From assembly GCA_964417645.1 (NCBI GenBank), contig CAYQIS010000003.1, positions 19,568-83,567 of the forward strand: 64,000 nucleotides of DNA. Reading direction: 5' to 3'. A program made the translations under genes and the position numbers. Shown here piece by piece: positions 29,911 through 40,073 of the stretch (position 1 is the first letter of the stretch; every line of letters begins with the position of its first letter). Origin of the DNA: an uncultured Spirochaetia bacterium. Lineage in GTDB: Bacteria > Oederibacteriota > PGYV01. Below the pieces are notes generated by a model, which did not search any database, had not been told where the DNA came from, and saw nothing but the letters and a program-made list of their open reading frames with translations.

Positions 29911-32577
29911 CTATAAAATGTCTGACCCTTTGTCATCCTGAAGGTCCGGCAAAGGCGGAAGTTCATCCGGCAATTTTGCATCCATAAGTTTATCAGGTAC
30001 TTTTATTCCCGCGCCGGGAATTGTTGCCGCGGGAGTGCTGTCTTGTGATGCAGATTTCGAAATAATTTCACTGACTTTTGGAACTTCCGGAAGATCAACA
30101 GAAAGCGGCAGATCTGTTATTAAGCTGTTTGTCTGAATTTTAACGCTTTTAATGAGTTCTTGTTTTTTTTGTACGGGCTCGGTTTCAATTCCCATCGAAG
30201 CCAGATTATTCATAATCTTTGGTCTGTCAGACGGGATATTTGACGTTGGTTTGGCATCAAAAGTGTTTCTTGCAATTTTAAATCCTGAAACCGGCGGCTG
30301 CTCTTTTATATTTTTTCCGGATTCTTCGGAAGGGCTTAAATTGGAATTTAAATTGTCTTTTATTGCCGAAGATTCTATAATTATTTCCGGTGTTTTTATT
30401 TCCGATTTTAATTCCTGTGATTTTATTGAATTTCCGCTTTTTAATTCTTTGGGCAACATTATTACGAATGTTTTTCCTTTTCCTATCTCAGATTCAACCC
30501 AAATATCTCCGTTCATATTTCTCATGACTGATTTAATAATAGGAAATCTTAAACCCGTATTTGAAAATTCAGGACCGGCAGGTGACTCTGTTCCGTGGAA
30601 ATTAATAAAAAGCTGTTCTGTTTTTACTTTTGGCAGACTCATTCCAAAATCTGAAATTCTTAAATAAACGGCTTTGTCATCATCTGATGTTTTAATTATT
30701 ATCTGCCCGCCTCTGGGAGAAACTTTAATTGCCTGCGTAATAAGCTGAGAAAGCACATTTGATATTCTGGAAGAATCTCCAAGCGCCATGGCAAGTGAAG
30801 GCGCAAAATTTTGTTTAATCTCAACTTTTTTGACATCGGCCTGCGGCTGTATGGAAAGCAAAATATCGGATACTATTGTGTTTAAATCAACAGGCTGCTT
30901 GTTAATTGCAATATCACCTTTTTCAAGCCTTGCAAGTTCCGTTAGGTCATTAATCAGTCTTTCAAGCCTTGCGGATTTGTTGATTACAACTCCAAGAAAC
31001 TGCTGCTGCGCATCGGTTATTTTGCCCTCTCCTCCAAGAACCGAAGATATATAGGTTTTAATAACAGACAAAACACCTTTTAATTCCGTGTTCATCATTA
31101 AAACCGCTTCCATCCTCATATTTTCTTTTTCTGCCGGTATTTTTGATTCCTGCGCCTTTTTAATATCCGCTTCAAGAGACTCTATTTTTTTGCGCATTTC
31201 ATTTATCTTTTTTTCCGCTTCCTGATTGGCAGCTTTAATTTTTTCTTCGGACTCTTTTAAAATTTTTTCCATCTCATTTTTTGTTTTTATAACCTGCTCC
31301 TGAGCGCTTACTTTTGCATTCTCGGCATTTTTAACCGCATTTCTCAATTCGGAAATTTCATGATCGGCTCTGGAAGCTTCTTTTGAAAGTTCCTCTTCAA
31401 GTTCTTTTCCCATCTGTGACAATTTTTCCGCTTTATCTTCGGCCGCTTTCAGTCTTCCTTTTAAAATTACCAAAGCGTCCGTAAGCTTTTTAAAATCCCC
31501 TTCGGCAGGAGGAAGCAATGTTTCAAAAATATCATCATCTATTCTTGCAATGGCAGATACAACTTTTTTTAAAGGATATGAGCCGGAACCGGCGGCGGAA
31601 AAAACAAGAATAAATCCTATAACCGCCGAACCTGCCAGAATAAACAATACCGGTATGCCGTATAATGTTGAATTAACAAAAGGTTCATATTTATTTTCCT
31701 GTACGGAAGAAAGCGATTTATAATCCGAATATGGCGTAAAAACACACGGCATCATCATTATTTCCCTCATTTTTGTATAGCCCAATATGCCAAGCAGATT
31801 ATTATATTTTGCCTCTCTCACATTTGTGTCCGGAACTTCCCTTGTCATTAACGGTTTTAAATCATTGTTATCATTGATGTTTTCCGTCATTTCTTTTGAT
31901 CTGTCAGAACTTAATATTACAAGGCCTGTTGGATCGGTGATAAAATTATATCCGCGCGGAGACTGCAGCTGTTTTCTTATTTTATCAAGCATTTCGCTTA
32001 AATCTTCTCTTACATAAATAACTGACACTATTTGTTCTTTATTGTCAATTACAGGTATGTAGTATTCTCCGGTTCCCTCTTTTAAATTTCTTGTTATTAC
32101 AATTTTTTTTGAATTAATGGAAGCTGTAAAAGCCTCTTTGCCGGTATGCTTTATTTTTTCAAGACCTTTTCTGTTTACGGCTATTGAATTGCCGTTTGTC
32201 AAAAGAAGCGCCGATTCAGCGCTTAACTTTGCGGAAAGTGCAAGAAACTGTGAAATAATTTTTTGTTTTGAAGCCGGTTTGCTGTAGCTTGAATTTTTTA
32301 TAATCGGATCATTTGCCGGACCTCCAAAACGTTCAAGAATTCTTTTTTCGGAAAGCTCCAAAAGCATCGAGGAAATTTCGCTTACTTTTTGCGCAACCTG
32401 TGATTTTATAAGCTCTCGCTCTGTTTTATTTTCAGTTTCAATGATATTTGCCTGCAGTTTTTTTATTTGCGCCAGCCTTATATTGTCATTTTCAATAATA
32501 AGCCAAACCGGCGTTCCAAAAAGCAAAATTACAGCAGCAAATAATAAAATCTTGACCATCAATGAGCTTTTGCCCAT
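29911..32577 (-). CDS. membrane sensor histidine-kinase-like protein with degenerate catalytic boxes
   Basis: TM, periplasmic Cache-like, TM, coiled coil, HisKA/HATPase-like, disordered tail; H-box NTELKG, N-box SQLITQAIK. Confidence 0.8.
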   Translation of the reverse strand: MGKSSLMVKILLFAAVILLFGTPVWLIIENDNIRLAQIKKLQANIIETENKTERELIKSQVAQKVSEISSMLLELSEKRILERFGGPANDPIIKNSSYSKPASKQKIISQFLALSAKLSAESALLLTNGNSIAVNRKGLEKIKHTGKEAFTASINSKKIVITRNLKEGTGEYYIPVIDNKEQIVSVIYVREDLSEMLDKIRKQLQSPRGYNFITDPTGLVILSSDRSKEMTENINDNNDLKPLMTREVPDTNVREAKYNNLLGILGYTKMREIMMMPCVFTPYSDYKSLSSVQENKYEPFVNSTLYGIPVLFILAGSAVIGFILVFSAAGSGSYPLKKVVSAIARIDDDIFETLLPPAEGDFKKLTDALVILKGRLKAAEDKAEKLSQMGKELEEELSKEASRADHEISELRNAVKNAENAKVSAQEQVIKTKNEMEKILKESEEKIKAANQEAEKKINEMRKKIESLEADIKKAQESKIPAEKENMRMEAVLMMNTELKGVLSVIKTYISSVLGGEGKITDAQQQFLGVVINKSARLERLINDLTELARLEKGDIAINKQPVDLNTIVSDILLSIQPQADVKKVEIKQNFAPSLAMALGDSSRISNVLSQLITQAIKVSPRGGQIIIKTSDDDKAVYLRISDFGMSLPKVKTEQLFINFHGTESPAGPEFSNTGLRFPIIKSVMRNMNGDIWVESEIGKGKTFVIMLPKELKSGNSIKSQELKSEIKTPEIIIESSAIKDNLNSNLSPSEESGKNIKEQPPVSGFKIARNTFDAKPTSNIPSDRPKIMNNLASMGIETEPVQKKQELIKSVKIQTNSLITDLPLSVDLPEVPKVSEIISKSASQDSTPAATIPGAGIKVPDKLMDAKLPDELPPLPDLQDDKGSDIL

Positions 32578-32589
32578 GACGCCTCCTTG

Positions 32590-35088
32590 TTATTCCGTTT
32601 CTTCTTCGTCTTCTTTTTCCGCAACACGAGCAACAGCGCTTACGCGTTCTCCTTCTTTCATCTTAATAAGCCTTACACCCTGTGTATTTCTGCCTATTGT
32701 TTTTATATCTTTTATTTTTGTTCTTATTAAAGTTCCGCTGGTTGTAATTATCATAAGCTCATTTGTGTCATCAACAAGTTTTATATCTATAACATTGCCT
32801 GTTTTTTCGGTCACTTTCATATTTATAAGACCTTTTCCACCTCTTGATTGTTCCCTGTATTCGCTTATCTCAGTCCTTTTTCCAAAACCCAATTCTGTCA
32901 CGGTCAATAAAGTTAAATTTTTCTGTCCTGCGGGAAGTATGGTAACTCCCACGACAACATCTTTCTTGTCAAGATTTATTCCGCGTACACCCATTCCCGT
33001 TCTTCCGACTTCTCTGAAATCTTTAACTTTGCTTCTGATTGCCATTCCTTCAAGAGTTGCTATAAATATTTCGTCATTTTCGCCGGCAATTTTTGTATCT
33101 ATTAAAGTGTCATCATCATTAAGTGTTATCGCTATAATTCCCCCGCTTCTCGGGTTGCTGAACAAAGACAATCTTGACCGTTTAATTAAGCCTTTTCTTG
33201 TGCTCATTATAAGAAATTTATCTTCGGAAAAATTCTTTACGGAAACATAAGAAGCTATTTTTTCCCCTTCCTCAAGTTTAATCAAATTGACTATTGCTTT
33301 GCCCTTTGTCTGTCTTGCGGCTTCAGGAATTTCATAAACTTTAAGCCAGTGACATTTTCCTTTATTTGTAAAGAATAAAATATATTCATGTGTGTTCGAA
33401 ATAAACAGATCTTCCACAAAATCTTCATCTTTTGTTGCCATTGCCATAATTCCGCGGCCTCCGCGTTTTTGCGCTTTATAAGTGCTTACGGCCGTTCTTT
33501 TAATAAAACCGTTATGTGAAATTGTGACAACCATGTCTTCTTCCTGTATTAAATCTTCAACGCTTACTTCTTTTTCTTTTTCTATTATCTGTGTCCTTCT
33601 TTCGTCCGCAAATTTATTCTTTACTTCAAGAAGTTCCTCTGCCATAAGTTCAAATATTTTCTTTTCACTTGCCAGCAATGATTTTAATTTTTCTATTAAT
33701 TTAATCAGCTCTTTGTATTCATTTTCAATTTTCTCCACTTCAAGGGAAGTAAGCTGTTTTAATGTCATGTCAAGAATTGCCTGAGCCTGAACAGGGGTTA
33801 ATTTAAAAGCTTCAATTAAAGCCTGTTTGGCTGTTTCGGTGTTTTCGGATGCCCTGATTATTTTTATCACTTTATCAAGATATTTAAGCGCAATTTTTAA
33901 TCCTTCCAATATATGCGCTCGGCGTTCGGCTTTATCAAGCTCGAATTTTGTTCTTCTTATAATGACTTCTTTTCTGAACGCAATAAAATTTTCTATCAGT
34001 TCTTTTATATTTAAAATTTTTGGCTTTCCGTTTACAATTGCAAGAAAAATAATTCCAAATGTTGTTCTAAGCGCCGTATGTTTATAAAGCTGATTTAATA
34101 TTATTTCAGGATTGTCATTTCTGCTTACCTCTATTACAGCCCTTATTCCTTCTTTGTCCGATTCGTCCCTTAAATCCGTTATACCGTCTATTTTTTTATC
34201 CCTTACAAGTTCGGAAATATTTTCAAGAAGCTGCGCTTTATTCACCATAAACGGAAGTTCGGTTATTACAATTTGTTTTTTTCCTTTTTTTGTTTCTTCA
34301 ATTTTTGCTTTGGCCTGCATTGTAACGGAGCCTTTGCCTGTTGTATAAGCCTGTTTTATGCCTTCTCTGCCTATTATATAGCCCGCTGTCGGAAAATCAG
34401 GGCCTTTAATATATTGAAGCAGTTCTTCGGGTTTAATATTTCTTTCCCTGTTTTTTATAAAATAAACCACAGCATCAATTACTTCGCCAAGATTATGCGG
34501 GGGAATATTCGTTGCCATTCCAACGGCAATTCCCGCGCTTCCATTTACAAGAAGATGCGGAAAAGTCACCGGAAGAACGGACGGTTCTTTGTTTGACTCA
34601 TCGTATGTGGGAATAAAATCCACTGTATTTTTGTCTATACCCTGCACAAGTTCTTCTGCTATCTTTGACATCCTGGCTTCCGTATAACGCATGGCTGCAG
34701 GGGGGTCTCCGTCAACCGATCCAAAATTACCCTGCCCGTCAATCAGCGGCATCCTGAAAGAAAAATCCTGCGCCATTCTTACCATTGTGTCGTAGATTGA
34801 TGAATCACCGTGAGGGTGATAATTACCCATTACTTCACCGACTATTTTAGCCGATTTTCTGTAAGGCTTATTATGAAGAAGTCCCATGTCATATAAGCCG
34901 TAAATTATTCTTCTTTGAACCGGTTTTAACCCGTCGCGAACATCCGGCAAAGCACGTCCTACAATAACGCTCATTGAATAATCAAGATAAGAGGTCTTCA
35001 TCTCCTCTTCTATTGAAGCCTGGATAATTTTTCCGTGTATTTCCTGATCAGGTATTAAATTATTTTCTTTATTGTTCTCGTCCATCAT
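32590..35088 (-). CDS. gyrA: DNA gyrase subunit A
   Basis: [29 protein letters not shown], GyrA-box QKRGGRG, acidic tail. Confidence 0.97.
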   Translation of the reverse strand: MMDENNKENNLIPDQEIHGKIIQASIEEEMKTSYLDYSMSVIVGRALPDVRDGLKPVQRRIIYGLYDMGLLHNKPYRKSAKIVGEVMGNYHPHGDSSIYDTMVRMAQDFSFRMPLIDGQGNFGSVDGDPPAAMRYTEARMSKIAEELVQGIDKNTVDFIPTYDESNKEPSVLPVTFPHLLVNGSAGIAVGMATNIPPHNLGEVIDAVVYFIKNRERNIKPEELLQYIKGPDFPTAGYIIGREGIKQAYTTGKGSVTMQAKAKIEETKKGKKQIVITELPFMVNKAQLLENISELVRDKKIDGITDLRDESDKEGIRAVIEVSRNDNPEIILNQLYKHTALRTTFGIIFLAIVNGKPKILNIKELIENFIAFRKEVIIRRTKFELDKAERRAHILEGLKIALKYLDKVIKIIRASENTETAKQALIEAFKLTPVQAQAILDMTLKQLTSLEVEKIENEYKELIKLIEKLKSLLASEKKIFELMAEELLEVKNKFADERRTQIIEKEKEVSVEDLIQEEDMVVTISHNGFIKRTAVSTYKAQKRGGRGIMAMATKDEDFVEDLFISNTHEYILFFTNKGKCHWLKVYEIPEAARQTKGKAIVNLIKLEEGEKIASYVSVKNFSEDKFLIMSTRKGLIKRSRLSLFSNPRSGGIIAITLNDDDTLIDTKIAGENDEIFIATLEGMAIRSKVKDFREVGRTGMGVRGINLDKKDVVVGVTILPAGQKNLTLLTVTELGFGKRTEISEYREQSRGGKGLINMKVTEKTGNVIDIKLVDDTNELMIITTSGTLIRTKIKDIKTIGRNTQGVRLIKMKEGERVSAVARVAEKEDEEETE

Positions 35089-35097
35089 TTACCCCGC

Positions 35098-36201
35098 TTA
35101 TTTTCTGATAGGCATAATTACATATAAAAGATTGGAATCTCCGGTAGGTTTCATAACGCCGGGATTCATTGAACTTATCAAATTTAATTCTATTTCATCC
35201 GTTTCAACGGCTTTTAAAAAATCCATTATATAAACAGCATTATAAGAAACTTCCATCGGGTCACCTTCATATTTTATGTCTATTTCTTCATTTGCTTCGC
35301 CTTCATCCGCCGTTTGAACACACAAATGCATTTTTCCTTTTTCAAATTTAAAAACAATGATTTTGCTTTTTTCAGAAGTAATGACGGCGGCGCGTCTTAT
35401 GGCTGAAGCAAGCTCTTCTTTTGATATTACTGCGGTCATATTAAAATCTTTTGGAATAACTTGATTATAGTTTGGATAATTCTCATCTATTACTCTTGAA
35501 ATTATTTCTATATTTTCAAGTTTAAACTCAATTATCTTTTCATAAAAATTTATTACAACATCTTTTTCGTCATCGTTAAGAACTTTTGAAATTTCCGATA
35601 TTGTTTTTAAAGGCACTATATATTCAAATTTGGCTTTAACCGTATTTTTTCCTTCTGTTTTATAATATGCCAGTCTGTGCGCGTCTGTTGCAACAGCTTC
35701 AATTTTGGAGCCGTCAAATTTAAAAAATACTCCGTTTAAATTTCTTTTTGTTGAATCCTTAAGCGCCGCATATGAAATATTGTTAATGATGTCTTTCAGC
35801 AGTTTTTGCTGTATTTTTATAGTTTCAAGCTTTTTATCATCAAGCTGAAGAGCGGGAAAATCATCCGCGGATAAACCGGGCATTTTATAATTTGATTTTT
35901 TAAATTTTACCTGAATATTGTCATTTTTATCGGATTCAATGATAATTTCCGTATCAGGCAGTTCTTTTATAAGTGATATTATTTTTTTAGGTATTGTTGT
36001 TTTTCCTTCTTCTTTTACACTTTCAACCTTACATTTTACTTTTGCGCTGATGTCCATGTCTGTTGCCGTTAGATTAAGCGTGTCTCCTTCGGCTTCAAAA
36101 AGTATATTTGACAATAAAGGCAGTGTTGCCCCCGTTGATATAAAATATTGTACAATTTGAAGAGAATTTAAAATTTCCTGTTTATTTGTTTTAATCTTCA
36201 T
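35098..36201 (-). CDS. dnaN: DNA polymerase III beta clamp
   Basis: LPLLSNIL, ATDAHRLA, YPNYNQVIP, C-terminal MPIR. Confidence 0.96.
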   Translation of the reverse strand: MKIKTNKQEILNSLQIVQYFISTGATLPLLSNILFEAEGDTLNLTATDMDISAKVKCKVESVKEEGKTTIPKKIISLIKELPDTEIIIESDKNDNIQVKFKKSNYKMPGLSADDFPALQLDDKKLETIKIQQKLLKDIINNISYAALKDSTKRNLNGVFFKFDGSKIEAVATDAHRLAYYKTEGKNTVKAKFEYIVPLKTISEISKVLNDDEKDVVINFYEKIIEFKLENIEIISRVIDENYPNYNQVIPKDFNMTAVISKEELASAIRRAAVITSEKSKIIVFKFEKGKMHLCVQTADEGEANEEIDIKYEGDPMEVSYNAVYIMDFLKAVETDEIELNLISSMNPGVMKPTGDSNLLYVIMPIRK

Positions 36202-36471
36202 TAAACAAAATCCTCCTTATAAGGTTTTTAACAATATAAATTATATTTATATTTTTATTAAATAATTTTAGATATAGTTATTATATTGTTAATAAGTGTG
36301 ATAACTTAAAAAAAATCTTAATTTAATAAAACTTTTTATTTTTGTTAATGTGAAATATTACTGTATTTTAATACAAAAAAACTGTTTTATCCACAAAAAA
36401 ATGGACAGTATTTTTTATCAACAGGATATCAACATGATAACAGGAAAATATCAACAAAATATGGCAAAAAA
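36202..36471. other. probable oriC segment (dnaA-dnaN intergenic)
   Basis: Very AT-rich; TTATCCACA at 36387-36395, TTATCAACA at 36415-36423, ATATCAACA at 36426 and 36448; AT-rich DUE-like stretch near 36235-36295. Confidence 0.7.
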
Positions 36472-37812
36472 TCATTTTTTAATTCTGTTTATTATTTCGT
36501 TTATTTCTGTTTTAAATTTTTCGTCTGATTTTATAAGATTATCAACTTTTGATATTGCATGCATCACGGTTGTATGGTCTTTTCCGCCAAAATACTGTCC
36601 TATCTGCATTAATGAATAATTTGTCAATTCTCTTGTTAAATACATTGCAACCTGTCTTGCCATTGCAATATTCTCGTGCCTTTTTTTTGAAAGCATTTCC
36701 TGAACTTTTATATTATAAAAATCGGAAACAACAGTCTGAATAAAATCAACGCCTATCTTTTTTTCCTGCTCAAATTTTGGATTTCTTATTTTTATTGCTT
36801 TTTTTGCAAGTTCAATTGTCATTTCTTCCGGTTTGCCTTCAGAAAGCTGTTTAAAGGTGACAAGAGTGCCGTTTAATTCTCTGATATTGCTGTTTATATG
36901 TTCAGCGATGAAAGCTATTACATTATCAGGGACTTTGATATTTTCTTCTTTGCATTTTTGATATAAAATTGCGACGCGGGTTTCAAAATCAGGCGGCTGA
37001 ATGTCAACAATCATTCCAGCGGAAAAACGTGATGTCAAGCGGTCTTCAATTTCAAGCTGACTTGGCGCGACATCGGAAGTGATAACTATTTGTCTGTTTA
37101 AATTTGTAAGTTCATTGAATGTGTGAAAGAATTCTTCCCTGGTTTTTTCGCCTTTTTGAAGGTATTGGATATCATCAACCAAAAGCAAATCAGCGCTTCT
37201 GTAACGATCCCTGAATTCTTCCATTTTGTTGTCTCTCATTCCCTGAACGGCTTCATACAAAAATTTTTCCGCTGTCACAACCATTATTTTTTTTGAAGGG
37301 TCTTTTTCATGCACATAGGTGCCTATGGCGTGTAAAAGATGAGTTTTTCCAAGACCGACGCCGCCGTAAATAAAAAGAGGATTATAGCTTTGACCCGGAG
37401 CTTCCGCAACGGACATACATGCGCCATGGGCAAAACGGTTTCCTGTGCCTATAATAAAATTATTAAATCTGAAATTTGCGTTTAAAGAAGGAATATTTCC
37501 TGAGGAAAAAAGGGGCAGGGGCATTTGTTTTACTTCAATGGTAATTTTTTCCGATATGTCTTTTTTTGATTCCTTTGCGGTTTCAATGTTTATTGAAGGT
37601 TTAAAGTTAAAAGTGTTTTCAAAAATATCTTCAAGCTCGTTTTTATATTTATTTAATGTTTTAACATGCAGATTGCTTTTTACAAAAATATTAAGCTTAT
37701 TGTCGGCTTCATTATAAACCGCATCGGATCCTTCAAGCCAAAGTGAAAGACTTTGATTTTCTGTTTTTACTTTTTCAAGCAGATTTTGCCAAATAAATTC
37801 TTTTGATTTCAT
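36472..37812 (-). CDS. dnaA: chromosomal replication initiator DnaA
   Basis: NPLFIYGGVGLGKTHL, DDIQ, EEFFHTFN, RELNG, GGKDHTTV. Confidence 0.98.
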   Translation of the reverse strand: MKSKEFIWQNLLEKVKTENQSLSLWLEGSDAVYNEADNKLNIFVKSNLHVKTLNKYKNELEDIFENTFNFKPSINIETAKESKKDISEKITIEVKQMPLPLFSSGNIPSLNANFRFNNFIIGTGNRFAHGACMSVAEAPGQSYNPLFIYGGVGLGKTHLLHAIGTYVHEKDPSKKIMVVTAEKFLYEAVQGMRDNKMEEFRDRYRSADLLLVDDIQYLQKGEKTREEFFHTFNELTNLNRQIVITSDVAPSQLEIEDRLTSRFSAGMIVDIQPPDFETRVAILYQKCKEENIKVPDNVIAFIAEHINSNIRELNGTLVTFKQLSEGKPEEMTIELAKKAIKIRNPKFEQEKKIGVDFIQTVVSDFYNIKVQEMLSKKRHENIAMARQVAMYLTRELTNYSLMQIGQYFGGKDHTTVMHAISKVDNLIKSDEKFKTEINEIINRIKK

Positions 37813-38049
37813 ATAATAAAACCTTTCTTTTTAATTAACAACTTATCCACAAAATTTTTTAATATTATTGAACACATAATTTACCTTAAATATAAGGCAA
37901 AAAATAAGTTTTCCACATAATTTAAATATTTTATTAACAATATTCCAAATTATTTTTTGTCATATCAAAGATTTTAAAATAAAAGTTTTTACAGCTTTTA
38001 ACGCGTTATTATATATCATAAGGTCCGGCTGTCAAGGCATATTTTTATA
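37813..38049. other. dnaA upstream region with DnaA boxes (oriC part or autoregulation)
   Basis: TTATCCACA at 37843-37851, TTTTCCACA at 37909-37917; AT-rich. Confidence 0.65.
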
Positions 38050-38625
38050 TCAGTATCTCGTTAATGCAGTAATTTTTACGGCATCATAATTGAAGGATAT
38101 TTTTATATCAGGGGGAAAGACATTATGAAGCCAAAAAAAGTCCGCTGCGGTATATCCAAGCAGAACAGCGGTTATTGAAGACATTATTATGCATCCTGAC
38201 AACCTGTCTTCAACGGATTTTTTCTTGTTTAACAGGTATTTGTAATTATCGTATGTTGTATTGTTAACTTCATCGTAAATTTTGTTATAGTTATTTATTT
38301 GCATCAAATAATCACTCCATAAAAAAGCCGTTAAACCGGCTGATATTGAGTCTGAAATTATCAGAATTCCAGCGGGTATATTGTCTGAGGGAGTGCTTTC
38401 ATAAACGTTGCTGCCTGTATTTGTGACTCCGGCTGGAGAAGGTTTAAACGAGTTAATAATGGCGTCAATTATCGTGCCGTTTGATTTGGAATCAGAGGCG
38501 GCGTTAATTGTGGAGGAAACAGGTTCTGTCTGCGCTGTTAAAGTTAAGGCTGCAGGCACATTTTCTGAATATATCAGCGAAACAGCCGCCAGAAATATGA
38601 ATGCGGATAAAAAAACTTTTTTCAT
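38050..38625 (-). CDS. hypothetical exported/membrane protein
   Basis: Signal peptide MKKVFL..., two hydrophobic helices; SD AGGAG. Confidence 0.65.
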   Translation of the reverse strand: MKKVFLSAFIFLAAVSLIYSENVPAALTLTAQTEPVSSTINAASDSKSNGTIIDAIINSFKPSPAGVTNTGSNVYESTPSDNIPAGILIISDSISAGLTAFLWSDYLMQINNYNKIYDEVNNTTYDNYKYLLNKKKSVEDRLSGCIIMSSITAVLLGYTAADFFWLHNVFPPDIKISFNYDAVKITALTRY

Positions 38626-38644
38626 TTTAGACTCCTTAAAAAAC

Positions 38645-38674
38645 AAACTCCGGGTAAATTTTTACCCGGGGTTT
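38645..38674 (-). terminator. terminator-like hairpin after the OMP pair
   Basis: AAACTCCGGGTAAA...TTACCCGGGGTTT inverted repeat. Confidence 0.65.
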
Positions 38675-38689
38675 TTATTTTTAATTTTT

Positions 38690-40012
38690 TTATTTCCAGT
38701 TATAAACCAAAGCCACACCCTGATTTAAATCAACAGATGCATTTGATATGAAATTAGGCCCTGTTATAAATATTTCAGGGTTAATATACATATCAAGCCT
38801 TAAATCGCCTATTACGCCTGTTAATCCGAATGCATAGGTCATAAAAGGTTCAATAGTCTGTGAATCAGATACAGAATCAAGAGTGAATTTGGTTGTTTTG
38901 GAACCGTCTGCCGCCTGGTAGCCGTTTTTATAGCCGTCAAGGTTAAGAATATCCATCCCTGCGCCGGCATTAAACGACCAAGTTTCATTAAGCTTGCCTG
39001 TTACTGCAATATTTAAAGGAACAGAAACAAAGGAATACTGGTCATAATCATCATTGTAATAACCTTTATAGTTATACACAAAATCTTCATAATAATAAAG
39101 CGGCATTGTTCTTCCCATAAGCGACAAACCGGTTGCAAGCCTGACTTTTAAAGTGTCGCCCGCCTTAATTGTTTTTCCGACAAGCGCTTTAAAATTAAGC
39201 TCGCTGTTGTAATAAACATTCTGATAGTCGTCCCACCATTGACTGGTTCTTGTTATGTCCCAGCCTTGAAGCCAGTTGGCCATGGCAACAACATAAAGGT
39301 CATCGGAAAAATTCAATCTGCCCGCAATATCAAAGTTCATTTTTGATGTTTCATAAGTATATGTTGAATTCCACTGTGAAGAACTGTTGTAGTAATTGTC
39401 TTCCTCAACATTGTTATAAAACATAAACCCAAAAGCAAGGTCAACAGGCATCCCTATTTTTAACGAAGACCCAAGTCTTGCGCTGAAATACTGGGAATTG
39501 TCAAACCCGTCGTGCGGCTATGCGCTGTAATTGTTAAGATAATCATAACTTGAATTATTACAGCCGTATTGAAGGCCTGCGCCTACAGGAATACCCCCAA
39601 AAGTATTTGCATACGAAAGACCGACAATATTGCTTAAATTGGTTGAACCTATGTAAATAAGCGGATACAAAAGTGTTGGCTGAACAGAAACGCCTATTAC
39701 GCCAAGGTCTGTATTCAAGGTCACTGAACCTGAAATATTATCTCTTGTGAATGGATCATTGTTGCTATCAAGATAAGTATAGAAATCATAGATATATTCA
39801 AACATTACCGAATTGCCAAGAGACGGAAGATTTGAAACAAACACAGAAACATCAGAAACGCTTCCGGGAATAAGCACACCGGGATAATGCGCTTCGGCAG
39901 CTTCCTGTGTAAGTGTCCTTATTCCGCTTTCGGCAACGGGCTTGGCTGCAGCGGCAAATACGGGTGCTGCCGCAAGAACAGCCGTTAAAAGAATGGCCAA
40001 AATCTTTTTCAT
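38690..40012 (-). pseudogene. outer-membrane beta-barrel-like protein interrupted by one in-frame TAG (39518-39520)
   Basis: ORFs 39518-40012 and 38690-39451 share one frame with no other stop between them; the joined product aligns by eye with the paralog at 40074-41357. Confidence 0.8.
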
Positions 40013-40033
40013 TAAATCCTCCCGTTGTTTTAT

Positions 40034-40062
40034 ATCACCCGCCCGGTAAACGGGCGGGTGAT
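40034..40062. other. intergenic 12-bp stem-loop between the OMP paralogs
   Basis: ATCACCCGCCCG-GTAAA-CGGGCGGGTGAT; no U-tract on the coding (minus) strand. Confidence 0.7.
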
Positions 40063-40073
40063 TTTACCGCTTT

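Noticed and set aside
32441-33250. 269-aa plus-strand ORF (also 46663-47370, 917-1342, 30152-30667, 17777-18259 and other short track ORFs)
   Set aside because: Antisense or alternate-frame shadows of well-conserved genes (gyrA, accC, ino1, etc.) with no recognisable motifs
39518-39520. Genome-wide TAG reassignment (alternative genetic code)
   Set aside because: TAG ends DUF2294, the pseudo-HK and recF at plausible C-termini; only one in-frame TAG was found
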